Part shown: piece after piece, positions 23,065-36,146 of the stretch
Layout: every line of letters begins with the position of its first letter
Numbering within the stretch: the first letter of the stretch is position 1
Source of the DNA: Pristiophorus japonicus
Taxonomy: Eukaryota
Direction of reading: 5' to 3'
Length of the DNA stretch: 64,000 nucleotides
Assembly (NCBI RefSeq): GCF_044704955.1
Contig: NC_091977.1
Location: forward strand, 12,896,001 to 12,960,000
The notes under the pieces: model-generated
The model's input: the letters and a program-made list of their open reading frames with translations, nothing else
What the model was told of the DNA's origin: nothing
Database searches by the model: none
Program-made: the position numbers and the translations under genes

Positions 23065-26000
23065 CATAAGAACATAAGAAATTGGAGCAGGAGTAGGCCA
23101 TTCGGCCCCTCGAGCCTGCTCCACCATCCAATAAGTTCATGGCTGATCTTCGACCTCAACTCCACTTTCCTGCACTATCCCCATATCCCCTGATTCCCTT
23201 AATATTCAAAAATCTATCGATAGCTGTCTTGAATATACTCAACGTGTGAGCATCCACAACCCTGGTTCCCCTGTGACTCCTGGTTCTTGACTCCCCAGCC
23301 AGGGGAAACATCCTCTCTGTATCCTCCCTGTCAAGCCCTCTAAGAATCTTGAATCTTTCAATGAGATCACCTCTCATACTTCTAAACTCAAGAGAATATA
23401 GGCCAAGTCTACTCAATCTCATCTCATAGGCCAATCCCCCCATCCCAGGAATCAGTTTGGTGAACCTTCATTACACTCTACGGCAAGTATAGAAACATAG
23501 AAAATAGGTGCAGGAGTAGGCCATTCGGCCCTTCGAGCCTGCACCGCCATTCAACGAGTTCATGGCTGAACATGCAACTTCAGTACCCCATTCCTGCTTT
23601 CTCACCATACCCCTTGATCCCCCCCAGTAGCAAGGACTACATCTAACTCCTTTTTGAATATATTTAGTGAATTGGCCTCAACAACTTCCTGTGGTAGAGA
23701 ATTCCACAGGTTCACCACTCTGAGTGAAGAAGTTTTTCCTCATCTCAGTCCTAAATGGCTTACCCCTTATCCTAAGACTGTGACCCCTGGTTCTGGACTT
23801 CCCCAACATTGGGAACATTCTTCCTGCATCTAACCTGTCTAAACCCGTCAGAATTTTAAACGTTTCTATGCGATCCCCTCTCATTCCTTCCTTTGGTAAG
23901 GAGACAAAAACTACACAATACTCCAGGTGTGGTCTCACCAGGGCCCTATATAAGTGCAGTAAGATGTCTTTACTCTTATACTCAAATCATTTTGTAATAA
24001 AGGCCAACATACCATTTACTTTTCTAATTGCTTGCTGTACCTGCATGTTAACTTTCAGTGATTCGTGTACAAGGACACCCAGGTCCCTCTGAACACCAAC
24101 ATTTCCCAATCTTTCACCATTTAAAAAATGCTCTGCTTTTCTATTTTTCCAACCAAAATGGGTAACTTCACATTTCTCCACATTATATTCCATTTCCCAT
24201 GTTCTTGTCCACTCACTTAGCCTCTCTATATCCCCTTGAAGCCTCTTTGCATCCTCCTTACAATTTACATTCCCAACTAGCTTTCTATCATCAGCAAACT
24301 TGGATATATTACATTTAGTCCCCTCATCCAAATCATTGGTACAGATTGTGAATAGCTGAGGCCCCAGCACTGATCCTTGCAGCAACCCACCAATTACAGC
24401 TTGTCAACCCAAAAATTACCTGTTTATTCCTACTCTCTGTGTTATGTCCATTAACCAATCCTCGATCCATGCTAGTATATTACCCCCAATCCCATGAGCC
24501 CTAATTTTGTTTAATAACATCTTGTGTGGCACCTTATCGAATGCCTTCTGAAAATCCAGATACATTACATCCACTGGTCACCCTTATTTATTCTGCTAGT
24601 TACAACCTCAAAGAACTCTTAACAGATTTGTCAAACGTGATTTCCCTTTCATAAATCCATGTTTACTCTGTACAATCCTATTATTATTTTCTAAGTGCAC
24701 TGTTACCACGTCCTTAATAATAGATTCCAGCATTTTCCCCACAAGTGATGTCAGGCTAACTGGTCTGTATTTCCCCGTTTTCTCTCTCCCTCCTTTCTTA
24801 TATAGTGGGGTTACATTTTCTACCTTCCAATCCGCAGGAACTACTGTAGAATCTATGGAATTTTGGAACATGACAACCAATGCATCCACTATCTCGACAG
24901 CCAACTCTTTTAAAACCCTGGGATGTAGGCCATCAGGTGCGAGGGATTGAACGGCTTTCAATCCCATTAATTTCTTCAGTACTTTTTTTTTACTAATGCT
25001 CATTTATTTCAGTTCCTCATTCTCACTTAACCCTTGGTTCTCCGCTATTTCCAAGGCTACCTCCTTAAGTACTCTGGGATGCAGTCCATCAGGCCCTGGG
25101 GATTTATCGGCCTTCAATCCCATCATTTTCCCCAACACAATTTCCCGACTAATAAGGATTTCCCTCAGTTCCTCCTTCTTACTAGACTCTCTGACTCCTT
25201 TTATATATGGAAGGTTGTTTGTGTCCTCCTTAGTGAATACCGAACCAAAGTACTTGTTTAATTGGTCTGCCATTTCTTTGTTCCCCGTTATGACTTCTCC
25301 TGATTCTGACTGCAGGGGACCTACATTTGTCTTTACTAACCTTTTTCTCTTTACATATCTATAGAAGCTTTTGCAGTCCGTCTTAATGTTCCCTGCAAGC
25401 TTCCTCTCGTACTCTATTTTCCCTGCCCTAATCAAACCCTTTGTCCTCCTCTGCTGAGTTCTAAATTTCTCCCAGTCCCCGGGTTCGCTGCTATTTCTGG
25501 CCAATTTGTATGCCACTTCCTTGCCTTTAATACTATCCCTGATTTCCCTTGATAGCCACAGTTAAGCCACCTTCCCTTTTTTATTTTTACGCCAGACAGG
25601 GATGTACAATTGTTGTAGTTCATCCATGCGGTCTCTAAATGTCTGCCGTTGCCCATCCACTTCAATCCCTTAAGTATCATTCACCAATCTATCCTAGCCA
25701 ATTCACGCCTCATACCTTCAAAGTTACCCTTCTTTAAATTCTAGACCATGGTCTCTGAATTAACTGTTTCATTCTCCATCCTAATGTAGAATTACACCAT
25801 ATTATGATCACTCTTCCCCAAGGGGCCTCGCACAACGAGATTGCTAATTAATTCTCTCTCATTACACAGCACCTAGTCTAAGATGGCCTCCCCTCTAGTT
25901 GGTTCCTCGACATATTGGTCTAGAAAACCATCACTTATGCACTCCAGGAAATCCGCCTCCACCGTATTGCTTCCAGTTTGGTTAGCCCAATCTATATGCA

Positions 26001-26108
26001 TATTAAAGTCACCCATGATAACTGCTGCACCTTTATTGCATGCACCCCTAATTTCCTGTTTGATGCCCTCCCCAACATCACTACTACTGTTTGGAGGTCT
26101 GTACACAA
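23065..26108 (-). mobile_element. Mosaic of older and younger CR1 fragments
   Basis: Two 3' tails (cataagaa type at ~23065, catagaaa type at ~23490); RT and endonuclease peptides; 25040-26108 is near-identical to the young CR1 at 46796-49688. Confidence 0.9.
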
Positions 26109-26229
26109 AATAGTATGGAGTGTCAACGAAGAACAACAAATGGAGTGTACCAATAATATAAAATCTCACAGTGATGGGTTAATACTGTAGTATTTACAGT
26201 GACAAGGGTTAATACAGTAGTATACAATT

Positions 26230-27990
26230 ATAGAATGGTTACAGCACGGAAGAAGGCTATTTGACCCATCGAGCCCATGCTGGCTCTCTGCAAGAGCACT
26301 TCAGCTAGTCCCACTCCCCGCACTTTCCCCGTAGCCCTGCCAATTTTCTTCCTTCAGGTTTTATCCAACTCCCTTTTGAAAGCCGTATTGAGTCAGCCTC
26401 CACCACGATTTCAGGCAGTGCATTCCAGATCTTAACCACTCACTGTGGAAAAAAGTGTTTTCTTATGTCGCCTTTGGTTCTTTTGCCAATCACCTTAAAT
26501 CTGTGTCCTCTGATTCTTGACCCTTCCGCCAATGGGAATAATTTCTCTCTATCCTGCCCAGACCCCTCAAGATTTTGAACTTCTCCATCAAATCTCCTCT
26601 CAATCTTCTCTGGTCTAAGGAGAACAACCCCAGCTTCTCCAGTCGAGCCATGTAACTGAAGTCCCTCATCCCTGGAATCATTCTCGTAAATCTTTTCTGC
26701 ACCCTCTCTAAGGTCTTCACACCCTTCCTAAAATGCGGTGCCCAGAATTGGACACAACACTCCAGTTGAGGCCGAACCAGTGTTTTATAAAGGTTCATCA
26801 TAATTTCCTCGCTTTTGTACTCTATACCTCTATTCATGAAGTTCAGGATCCCGTAAGCTTTTTTATGCTTTCTGATTTTTTTAATGCTTTACTGCTGTCT
26901 CAACCTGCCCTGCCACCTTCAACAATCTATGCACATATACCTCTAGGTCTCTCTACTCATGCATCCCCTTTAGAATTGTACCTATTAGTTTATATTGTCT
27001 CTCCTCATTCTACCAAATTATATAAATTAACACTTTCCTGCATTAAATGTAATCTACCACGTGTCTGTCCATTCCACCAGCCTGTCTATGTCCTCTGGCA
27101 GTCTATCACTATCCTCCTCACTGTACACGATACATACATTGTGTCATCTTCAAATTTTGAAGTTGTGCCCTTATACACCTGCATCCAAGTCATTAATATA
27201 TATCAAGAAAAGCAGTGGTCCTAGAACCGACCTCTGGGGAACACCACTGTATAACTTCTTCAAGTCCGAAAAACAACCGTTCACCACTACTCTCTGTTCC
27301 TTGTCGTTTAGCCAATTTTGTATCCATGCTGCCACTGTCCCTTTTATTCCATGGGCTTCAACTTTGCTGGCAAGCCTATTATGTGGCACTTTGTTGAACG
27401 CCTTCTGGAAATCCATGTACACCACATCAACCGCATTGCCCTCATCAACCCTCTCTGTAACCTCATCAAAAAACTCAATCAAGTTGATTAAACACGATTT
27501 ACCTGAACAAATCCAGCTATTCTTAATTAATCCACATCTGTCCAAGTGACTGTTCATTTTGTCCCTAATTATTGTTACTAAAAGCTTCCCCACTACCGAG
27601 GTTAAAATGACTGGCCTGTAGTTGTTGGGTTTATCTTTACACCCATTTTTGAACAATGGTGTAACATTTGCAATTCTCTAATCCTCTGGCACCAGCCCTG
27701 TTTCTATGAAGGATTGGAAGATTATGGCCAGTACCTCCGCGATTTCTTCCTTCACTTCCCTCAGTGTCCTAGTATACATCCTATTTAATCCTGGTGGTTT
27801 ATCTAGGTTCAATACAGCCAGCCTTTCTAGTATCTCCTCTTCATAATTTTTATCCCATCCAGTATCTCCTCTACCTCCTCCTTCACTATGTTTATGGCAG
27901 CATCTTCTTCCTTGGTGAAGACAGATGCAAAGTGTTCATTTATCATCTCAGCCATACCCTCTGCCTCAATGCATGTGTCTGTTTTCTGGC
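26230..27990 (-). mobile_element. CR1 ORF2 fragment
   Basis: NYRPVILTSVVGK, DFQKAFNKVPH, LECCVQFWAPHF. Confidence 0.9.
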
Positions 27991-28219
27991 CTTACACCTC
28001 ATCTTACTACCCGATTACTATGTATGCAGTCTCCTTTGGTGGTGGCTGCCCATGGTTTTTGCACCTTGTACTTTGGGCACCCACCTTTCATGTTTAAATT
28101 AAGGACCACCCCCAGACACCGCGTATTTCAATCGAGACCAGGGGGATTTTTGGCCCCAACGTCCACAAAATGGCACAGTTTGCAGGAACTGATGGATTCG
28201 GTCAGTTAAGAAGAAAAAG

Positions 28220-28745
28220 TGCTTGTACCTTTCATATCCTCAGGCCCTCACAAAGCACTGCATGGACTGCAACGGTTCAAGAAGTCAGGTCACTGCCACC
28301 TTCTACGAGGGTCATTAGGGATGCCCACATCCCATGAATGAATAAGAAAGCAGCCAATGAAGTACTTTTTGAAGTGCAGTCACTGTTGTGATGTATGGTA
28401 TCACAGGGCCAATTTGCACACAGCAAACTCTCACAAATAGCAATGTGATAACTGAGCAGATATCCTGTATATTTTTGCTTTTTTCAGGAATTGATATTGA
28501 CCAGGACACCGGAGAGAATCACTGTTCTTCAAAATAGTGCCATGGGATCTTTTACAGCCATCTGTGAGGGCAGATGGGACCTTGGTTTAACATCTCATCT
28601 GAGAGACAGCACCTCTGACAGTGCAGTGCTCCCTCAGTACTGCACTGGGAAAGTCAGCCGAGATTATGTGCTCGAGTGAGATTTGAAAACATGACCTTCT
28701 GACTCCGAGGCGAGAGTGCTACCCACTGAGCCACAGCTGTTAAGT
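28220..28745 (-). mobile_element. Deu-domain tRNA SINE (second copy)
   Basis: Same head and core as 8170-8640. Confidence 0.7.
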
Positions 28746-28799
28746 GTTTTCTCACTGTACAACCTCTATACACTGGAGAATGTAGGAATGGTTTCTTAC

Positions 28800-29150
28800 C
28801 ATGTACGAGCTGCAGGTGTGTCTCAGTCTGGATTAGATTTATGTAATTGTCCCATCCCTTGTACTCCACCAGACACAGGTAAGTGTGGTTGTCCTTCACG
28901 CTCAGCTGCTTTATCCTGGTTGAAGCGTTTCCCTCCTTTGGGTTCCCGATGAGCTCATACCGATTTCCACCGTTTACAGTTGTCCAAGACCCATTTGATT
29001 GGGCTCTAAATGTGACTACGTGTTGATAGGGCTCCTTCCTCATCCATGTAACAGTGGTCAGGTTGGTGTAGTCGCTGGGTGTGAACATACAGGGCAATGT
29101 AACCGAAGCTCCCTCGGTCCCTCTCACCACTGAGCCATTTCCACTAGCAG
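28800..29150 (-). CDS. Siglec-15-like receptor, exon 3 (second V-type Ig domain)
   Basis: ctttcctcag| and |gtaaga; 351 bp, phase 1-1; GASVTLPCMF...VTW...RYELIGNPKEGNAS...DNHTYLCLVEY. Confidence 0.9.
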
Positions 29151-29188
29151 CTGAGGAAAGGACAGACATCACAATATATCAGCGTCTT

Positions 29189-29943
29189 TGATACATCCTT
29201 ACTATACAGTATAAATGCACATGAGGCCCATGCTTGAGAGAAGGTCAGTCTGTGACCTGTCCTTTATTCCTTAGCACTCAAGTGATGAAGGTGGATGGAG
29301 CTTCCCCTTTTATACCTGAAGGTCCAGGTTAGGAGTGTCTCCCACCTAGTGGTCACTGTTCTCACGGTGTACAACTTAGGTCAGTTTATACATGGGTTAC
29401 AATGCTGGTTGAATACATGACATCACCTCCACCCCCCAAAGTCTTATTGGGATCACAGGTTGAGTCTCTCTGGTGGTTTACGCTCCCTTGTAGAGCGCCT
29501 GAGTTGGGGCTCCGGTTGTTGGGCGCTGGCCTGAGTGTCTGCTGTTTGCGGTGCCTCAGGCCTATCCAGACTGCCCACAGTGACTGGGCTCTCCTCCCTT
29601 TGGTTCCGGTGTTTGGTCACCTGTGGTGGAGTGAACTCTATATCGTGTTCTTCCTCTGCTTCTTCTATGGGGTTGCTGAACCTCCTTTTTGTTTGATCCA
29701 CATGTTTGCGGCAGATTTGTCCATTGGTAAGTTTAACTACCAGAATCCTATTTCCCTCTTTGGCAACTACAGTGCCTGCGAGCCATTTGGGCCCTGCAGC
29801 GTAGTTGAGGACAAAAACAGGATCATTTACATCAATACATCGCCCTCTCGCATTCCTGTCATGGTAGTCATATTGTGACTGGCGCCTGCTCTCGACTGAT
29901 GTCAGTTTATACATGGGTTACAATGCTGGTTGAATACATGACA
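29189..29943 (-). mobile_element. Internally deleted Gypsy LTR element
   Basis: TG...CA ends with 5-bp TSD GTCTT (29184-88, 29944-48); full LTR 29189-29422; PPT; integrase C-terminus (GPKWLAG...RKHVDQ...LRRSTRERKPPERLNL); only 43 bp of the other LTR (29901-29943). Confidence 0.9.
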
Positions 29944-30747
29944 GTCTTGATGAGAACTTTAATTTGTTTCAGTTCAGAGCTCTCCCTGTGGTCTATGGGT
30001 AGAGGTATTGCCCAGTGTAGTACTCAGTCAGTAAGGATCCCAGAGAATGTAGGGTCAGGAGGCCGGGTAGCAGAACGGATTGAGAGATGGCTACAAAACA
30101 GAAAACAGAGGATAGAAGGTAAGGAAAGTTTCTCAGACTAGCAGAAAGTGGGAGGTGGTGTCCTTTGACTTACATTGAAAGGTTCTGTTAATACAACCCA
30201 ATACACTGTCTGCTTTGGCTATGGCTCTCTGCATTGTTCCTGTACCTTGAGTGATGTGTGCACAATAAAACTTGGATCCCTTTCTCTCTGAACCACTTTC
30301 AGTGTTGTTCCCTGAAAATGGTAAGTGTACTCTGTGTTGATCCTACCTACCTGCATCACACTGCATTAGTCGAGGTTAAATGCTGTATCAAGTTCCTCAT
30401 ATACTGTATCCCAAAATAGTATAACTGAAAGAAATGTATCTAATGTGTATCTGCCTCACCCAAATGGCCTTCCTTAGAGCACAAGCCTGGTCAATGTGTG
30501 TCAATGGAATATTTGACTGTGGAGAGCATCACAGGCAGACCCAATGTCTCATCCAATGTCCAAGAACACACCTTCCAGCAGGAGTCACTGGAAAATGATC
30601 AGGAGCAGGAACCCCGGGCAATATTCCCTCTTCATAGCCCGGGGTTTCTGAGAGTTTATTGATCCGTGTGGCTCAGGACCAGACCAGGTGGAGCCTTTTC
30701 CCACTGAGCTATCGGAGCAGCGACAGCCCCTGAACATTGATCCTCAC

Positions 30748-31134
30748 CTCTCACACTCAGACGCGTTCCTATCGATGTTCTAAATTTGGCAATATTGAGC
30801 TCCACACCACACCGATAACCAGCATTGTCTGCCTGGCTCAGCCGCTCCATCATTATCGAGACATCGTTGTTGCTGAAGTTTCCCACGAATCTGAATCGAT
30901 TCCCACCTTCCTGCTGTCTCACATTCTCACACAGCTCGATCTGTGAATGGCCCAGACCAGAATATGTGCAGTTAAAAATAACCTTCCCTTTGTGACCTTT
31001 GAACCATTTCACAGTGCCGGTGAGCGGGCGATCAGTGGGTGGGTGGGTGAAACTGCACGGCAAGACAGCGGACCTCCCTTCCTCAGCACTCACTGTATCC
31101 GCGATGGTCATTGTCCAGCCACTGACAGAAAGCT
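30748..31134 (-). CDS. Siglec-15-like receptor, exon 2 (N-terminal V-set Ig domain)
   Basis: ctccacag| and |gtgagg; 387 bp, phase 1-1; WTMTIADTVSAEEGRSAVLPCSFTHP...FNC...ELC...RFRFVGNFSNNDVSIMMERLSQADNAGYRCGVEL closely parallels the Siglec-15 V domain, including its extra Cys pair. Confidence 0.9.
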
Positions 31135-34100
31135 CTGTGGAGAGAGAGAGAGACAACATTAAATCAGCATGGGAGCAGACTCAGTGTTTGGAAAACATAC
31201 TGCGAGACAATATACTGAGGGGGCAAAATTGCCCCTTTTATCGCCAGGAAATGATTTCCGCCCGGACGCGGAACAAACATCGCCCCCCCACCCCCGTAGA
31301 ATTGGGCGGGGGGTTTTGCGGAGGCGCTACGAGGCAGCTCGGCGATGATGATGTCATCGTCCCCTTACCACCCCGGAAGTTAAATTGCCCCGAGCAACCT
31401 ACCTTAGCGCCTGCCGATGACACTGACAATGACACCTTCAGCTGTCTAGTTGCAGTCGCGAACCGAATGGAGCAGCGCTATTTAAAGGCTCCGTCTTGAA
31501 AACTATTTTCTTTCGGCCATTACTTTTTTCTGCTTTCCAACAGTTCAGCAGAGTGCCAGCTCTGTTCCAGCCCCAAATGAGCCGGCTATCCACCTGGCTC
31601 ATCACTCCCCTCTGCAACCACACCACTCCTGCCCAGCACTCGCACAATGAGAGCCACGCCGCCGTCTGGAACATCATTGAGCAGACCATCGGAGTGCTGA
31701 AGCAACGGTTCCGCTGCCTTGACCAGTCGGGAGGAGTCCTGCAGTATTTGCCTGAGCGGGTGTCCCTATTCATCGTCATCTACTGCATCATGCACAACCT
31801 GGCCAACATGGGGGCACAGCCATTGCCACCAGGCATAGCTCCACCACCTCAAGAGGAGGAGGAGGAGGACCAGGAGGAGCAGGTGGAGGAGCAACAGCAG
31901 GAGGACGAGGAGGAGCAGCAACAGCCGTGAAGGAGGAGGCAGCGACTCCATTACAATCCTGCAAGGAAGGTCGTTTCCACTGATTTCCATCCTACTTCCC
32001 GGTTCCTCTGGACGTCCCCATCACCACATCACTTTGCCCTTCCTTACCAAAACTAGAAGATGGAAATGAGAGACAACAGCAAACATTAAACAATCCAATC
32101 AACATTTATCAAACAACAATAAAATGTATAAATGTGTGTTATTCATCACCCTTGTGCATTTCCTTATATCCCCTCTTTTGTTGACCTATCCTAATACTCC
32201 TTCGCAGAGTGTCCCCCGGCGGCAGCATGGCTGGTGGATGCCTGTTGTGTGTCGGGGCAAGAGACTACAGATGGCCTTGCAGGACGCCCTCGACCAGCTC
32301 TGGGCCTGGAAAGCCCGGATGCAGACTGCAACACCTCAGCCTGGCTGGCGGCTGTCTGGGCTGGCTGGGTGACAGGCAGCGACAAGGGCAATGGTGGAGT
32401 GGCAGTGGTGGGATCAGGAATGCTGTCAACCTGAGAGAGGACAGCAGGTTCCTGCTCCACTGACCCACTGCCAATCACCCGGGCCAGCACCTCAGCATCC
32501 CCACCAACCTGCTGCAGGACAGATTGCTGGGCTGCTGTGACACTGAGATCCCCGGTTGACTGGTGGACCCAGTGACGATGGCAGCAGTCAGAGCTTGCGA
32601 GACATGCAGCTGAGACTGAAAGACAGCACCAAGACATTGTGTGGCATCAAGTTGAGACTGCACGAGGGCAGTCTAAGCTACCATGCAAGCAACCATCGAC
32701 TCTATGCAGCACCAAGACGTTGCGTTGTTTCCGCCTGTTCTGCAATGGAAGCTGCCACATCGCGTCATGAGGTCTGGATCTGTACGGTCTCTCTGGGAGT
32801 CTACCATTGTCTGCACACTGGCAATGATGAGCTCCATGGTGTGCACAGAGGTCTGTACAATGTGGAAAGTGGACTCCTCCATGCTCCTTACTGCTACCAA
32901 CAGGCTCTCGGGCATCCTTCCCATTGCACCTCTCATGTTGGAGTGCATGATCATCACCCTTTGTGTGAACTCCTCCCAATCGAGGTCTTCATCTGAGTCC
33001 TGTGCAGAACTCATGTACAAACTCACCCTCCGGGGAAATGGCTCCCGAGATTCCCTTTCCTTTTCACTATGCTGCAGCCGGCTAGGCTCCGGTGCATCAC
33101 CCAGTGCAGACCCCTCTACTAACCTAACCTCTAAGGACCGTGTAGTGCCAGTATCTGAGCTAGTGCCTGTGGGTGAGAGAAGCAGTGATACAGTGCTTGG
33201 CTCCTCCTCGTCCCCCTCTTCTCACTATTGACTCAGTTAGGGGGGGGCTCAGGAACAGACTGCTCATCTGCTGCGTGGTTATCTGAAAACATAAATGGCA
33301 CAAGAGTTGCATTAAGGTGAGGGCAGGGGGGCAGGAATGGAGCAAGGAAGGCAGACAGTATGAGGAGCTGGAAAGTGATAAGGCCTTCTGGTGTAACAGG
33401 AAAGTGAGATAAGAAGAGGGGATAAAGATACCATTGTTGCCCCCAGGGAGCTCGATGTCTCCGCCGGCCACAGTGCCCACACCCTGCGGGCCAATAAGCC
33501 GCAGCACTCGCTCCTCCAAGTCAGTCAGCTGGTGCAGTTCAGCTTCTCTCCTCCAGTCTGCTGCTGCTCCCTTCTGTTGTGTGCCATCTTGGCCTGCAAA
33601 AGAAAGGAATCTGTGTGAGTAAGTGTCTAGTTATGTATGTAGAAGATATGCCAGCCATGATTAAATAGCTGTGAACGTAGGGAAGGAGTGAAATGAGGAT
33701 GTGACTGTGGGTAGGTACAGATGGTTGCTGGTTGCCTGCTGGGTTAAGTGCTGGTTTGCAGTGTGTGCACAGACTGAGGCTCAGAGACTGGAATGTAAAA
33801 GTTGTGTAAAGGGTGGTCCCGGGAGTCAGGTTCACCTCTGACATACTTGAGCGGTTCGAATCGCTTCCACTCCCTTGGGTTCTAGACTCTGGATTTATTT
33901 GGGGGATGTGATAAAATGCAAAAGACCACTGGTTTGGTGCAAAAGAACTTTGATTTTATTAAGGATAAGAAAAATACAATGTCACACTTATAATTACACT
34001 AATAAAGAACAGTACATCACATATTCAAAAGAGTTACAGCGAAAATTACACCTCCCACCTCCAAATACCTAATACTGGTTAGGTTAGACTCCAGGGCAGA

Positions 34101-34700
34101 CAGGGACTATGCTTACTAATCCTTTCTGGTCAGCTAGCGGTTTTGGGGTTCTTTGGATCCTGTAGGTTCTGTTTGCCGTACCCCGAACGTCGGAGAGGAC
34201 TTCTTACTGCGCAATCTTCAGTTGGGTTGAGTCCGCTGATGCGGTATGGCGCATTTTGGATTTGTTGGGTAAGTACCTATTTTCTTTCGTTAGAAATAGG
34301 TTTCAAAGTCCTTTTAGTTAATGCTTTCACCTGTTGGTAGTCAGGCTTAGATTGTAGAGTGGAAACTTTCGATTGGTCGGTTTCTTCCTTGTGAAGTTTA
34401 GTTTCGAGTTTGGTCGATCGCGGTGGTTTTAGTGGTACCACGTTGACTGTGGTCGGTTGTTGCCGCAATGGTGATGTTCTTCCTTCTTTTTTGATGTCAA
34501 GACGTCGAGGCTGGAGAAGTTAGTTTACAACTGTCGCGTTGGTTTCTCTCCCTTCTTGATGGCATAGTCATAGTATGGCACTAGCACTATCACAAGCAGT
34601 GTCTATCGAGGCAGTAGCATAAGCAGTAGCAAAGCAAAAGCATACCCTTTTTTAAAGCAGGGTCCAGTTATACGTTTTGAGCTGTCCTAATCTCACGTCA

Positions 34701-35012
34701 GAGAGACGTGAGTCCGGGGTCGGCGAGAGGCCTACAAAAGGCCATGGGAGGCGTCGGGAGGTGTATCGGAGAGACGTGAGTCCGGGGTCGGCAAAAGGCC
34801 TACAAAAGGCCATGGGAGGCGTCGGGAGGTGTAGCGGAGAGACGTGAGTCCGGGGTCAGCGAAAGGCCTACAAAAGGCCATGGGAGGCGTCGGGAGGTGT
34901 ATCGGAGAGACGTGAGTCCGGGGTCAGCGAAAGGCCTACAAAAAGCCGTGGGAGGCGTCGGGAGGTGTATCGAAGAGACATGAGTCCGGGGTCGGCGAAA
35001 GGCCTACAAAAG
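34701..35012 (+). repeat. 68-bp tandem monomers (~4.6 copies) at the CR1 5' end
   Basis: Units start at 34701, 34769, 34837, 34905, 34973 (gagagacgtgagtccggggtc...). Confidence 0.95.
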
Positions 35013-35198
35013 GTGAGCCGGTGCAGCTACAGGGTGAAGGCAAAAAAGAAGTAGAGAGAAATAGAAAGGTGACGTCACAGCCAAGGGGGTAAGTGATTGG
35101 CTGGTGATTGGTGAGTAGTTTTTCTTTTTTCTCTTCTATATCAGTGAGTAACTTTGAACATTGTTGTTGGCAATTTAAGTGTATCTAAGGGTTAAGTC

Positions 35199-36146
35199 GT
35201 GGCAGGAGAGCTCGGACACGTGTTATGCTCCTCCTGTACCATGTGGGAAATCAGGGACGCCTCCGGTGTCCCTGACGACTATGTGTGCGGGAAGTGTATC
35301 CGCCTCCAGCTCCTGACGGACCGCGTTGTGGAATTGGAGCTGAAGGTGGATTCACTCTGGAGCATCCACGATGCTGAGAATGACGTGAATAGCATGTTTA
35401 GTGAGTTGGTCTTACCGCAGGTAAAGGGTACGCAGCCAGATAGGGAATGGAAGACCAACAGGAAGAGCAGTGCAAGGAAGGTACTGCAGGGATCCCCTGC
35501 GGTCATCCCCCTGCAAAACAGATACACTGCTTTGAGTGCTGTTGAGGGGAATGACTCATCAGGGGGGAGCAGCAGCAGCCAAGTTCATGGCACCGTGGCT
35601 GGCTCTGCTGCACAGGAGGGCAGGAAAAAGAGTGGGAGAGCGATAGTGATAGGGGATTCAATTGTAAGGGGAATAGATAGGCGTTTCTGCGGCCGCAACC
35701 GAGACTCCAGGATGGTATGTTGCCTCCCTGGTGCAAGGGTCAAGGATGTCTCCGAGCAGGTGCAGGACATTCTGAAAAGGGAGGGTGAACAGCCAGTTGT
35801 GGTGGTGCACATTGGTACCAACGATATAGGTAAAAAACGGGATGAGGTCCTACGAGACGAATTTAAGGAGCTAGGAGCTAAATTAAAAAGTAGGACCTCA
35901 AAAGTAGTAATCTCGCGATTGCTACCAGTGCCACGTGCTAGTCAGAGTAGGAATCGCAGGATAGCTCAGATGAATACGTGGTTTGAGGAGTGGTGCAGAA
36001 GGGAGCGATTCAAATTCCTGGGGCATTGGAACCGGTTCTGGGGGAGGTGGGACCAGTACAAACCGGACGGTCTGCACCTGGGCAGGACCGGAACCAATGA
36101 CCTAGGAGGAGTGTTTGCTGGTGCTGTTGGGGAGGAGTTAAACTAA
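35199..36146 (+). CDS. CR1 ORF1: zinc finger/leucine zipper plus SGNH esterase
   Basis: CSSC...CGKC, coiled coil, IVIGDSIVRG, PGAR, HIGTND, DGLHL; the start codon reads GTG. Confidence 0.9.
   Translation: MAGELGHVLCSSCTMWEIRDASGVPDDYVCGKCIRLQLLTDRVVELELKVDSLWSIHDAENDVNSMFSELVLPQVKGTQPDREWKTNRKSSARKVLQGSPAVIPLQNRYTALSAVEGNDSSGGSSSSQVHGTVAGSAAQEGRKKSGRAIVIGDSIVRGIDRRFCGRNRDSRMVCCLPGARVKDVSEQVQDILKREGEQPVVVVHIGTNDIGKKRDEVLRDEFKELGAKLKSRTSKVVISRLLPVPRASQSRNRRIAQMNTWFEEWCRRERFKFLGHWNRFWGRWDQYKPDGLHLGRTGTNDLGGVFAGAVGEELN

Noticed and set aside
22787-23140. 117-aa minus ORF with a hydrophobic stretch
   Set aside because: Begins in a CR1 tail; the real TM exon is in a different frame defined by splice sites.
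31496-31930. Possible host HARBI1 gene
   Set aside because: Only the C-terminal half is present, next to a decayed Myb partner; transposon remnant.
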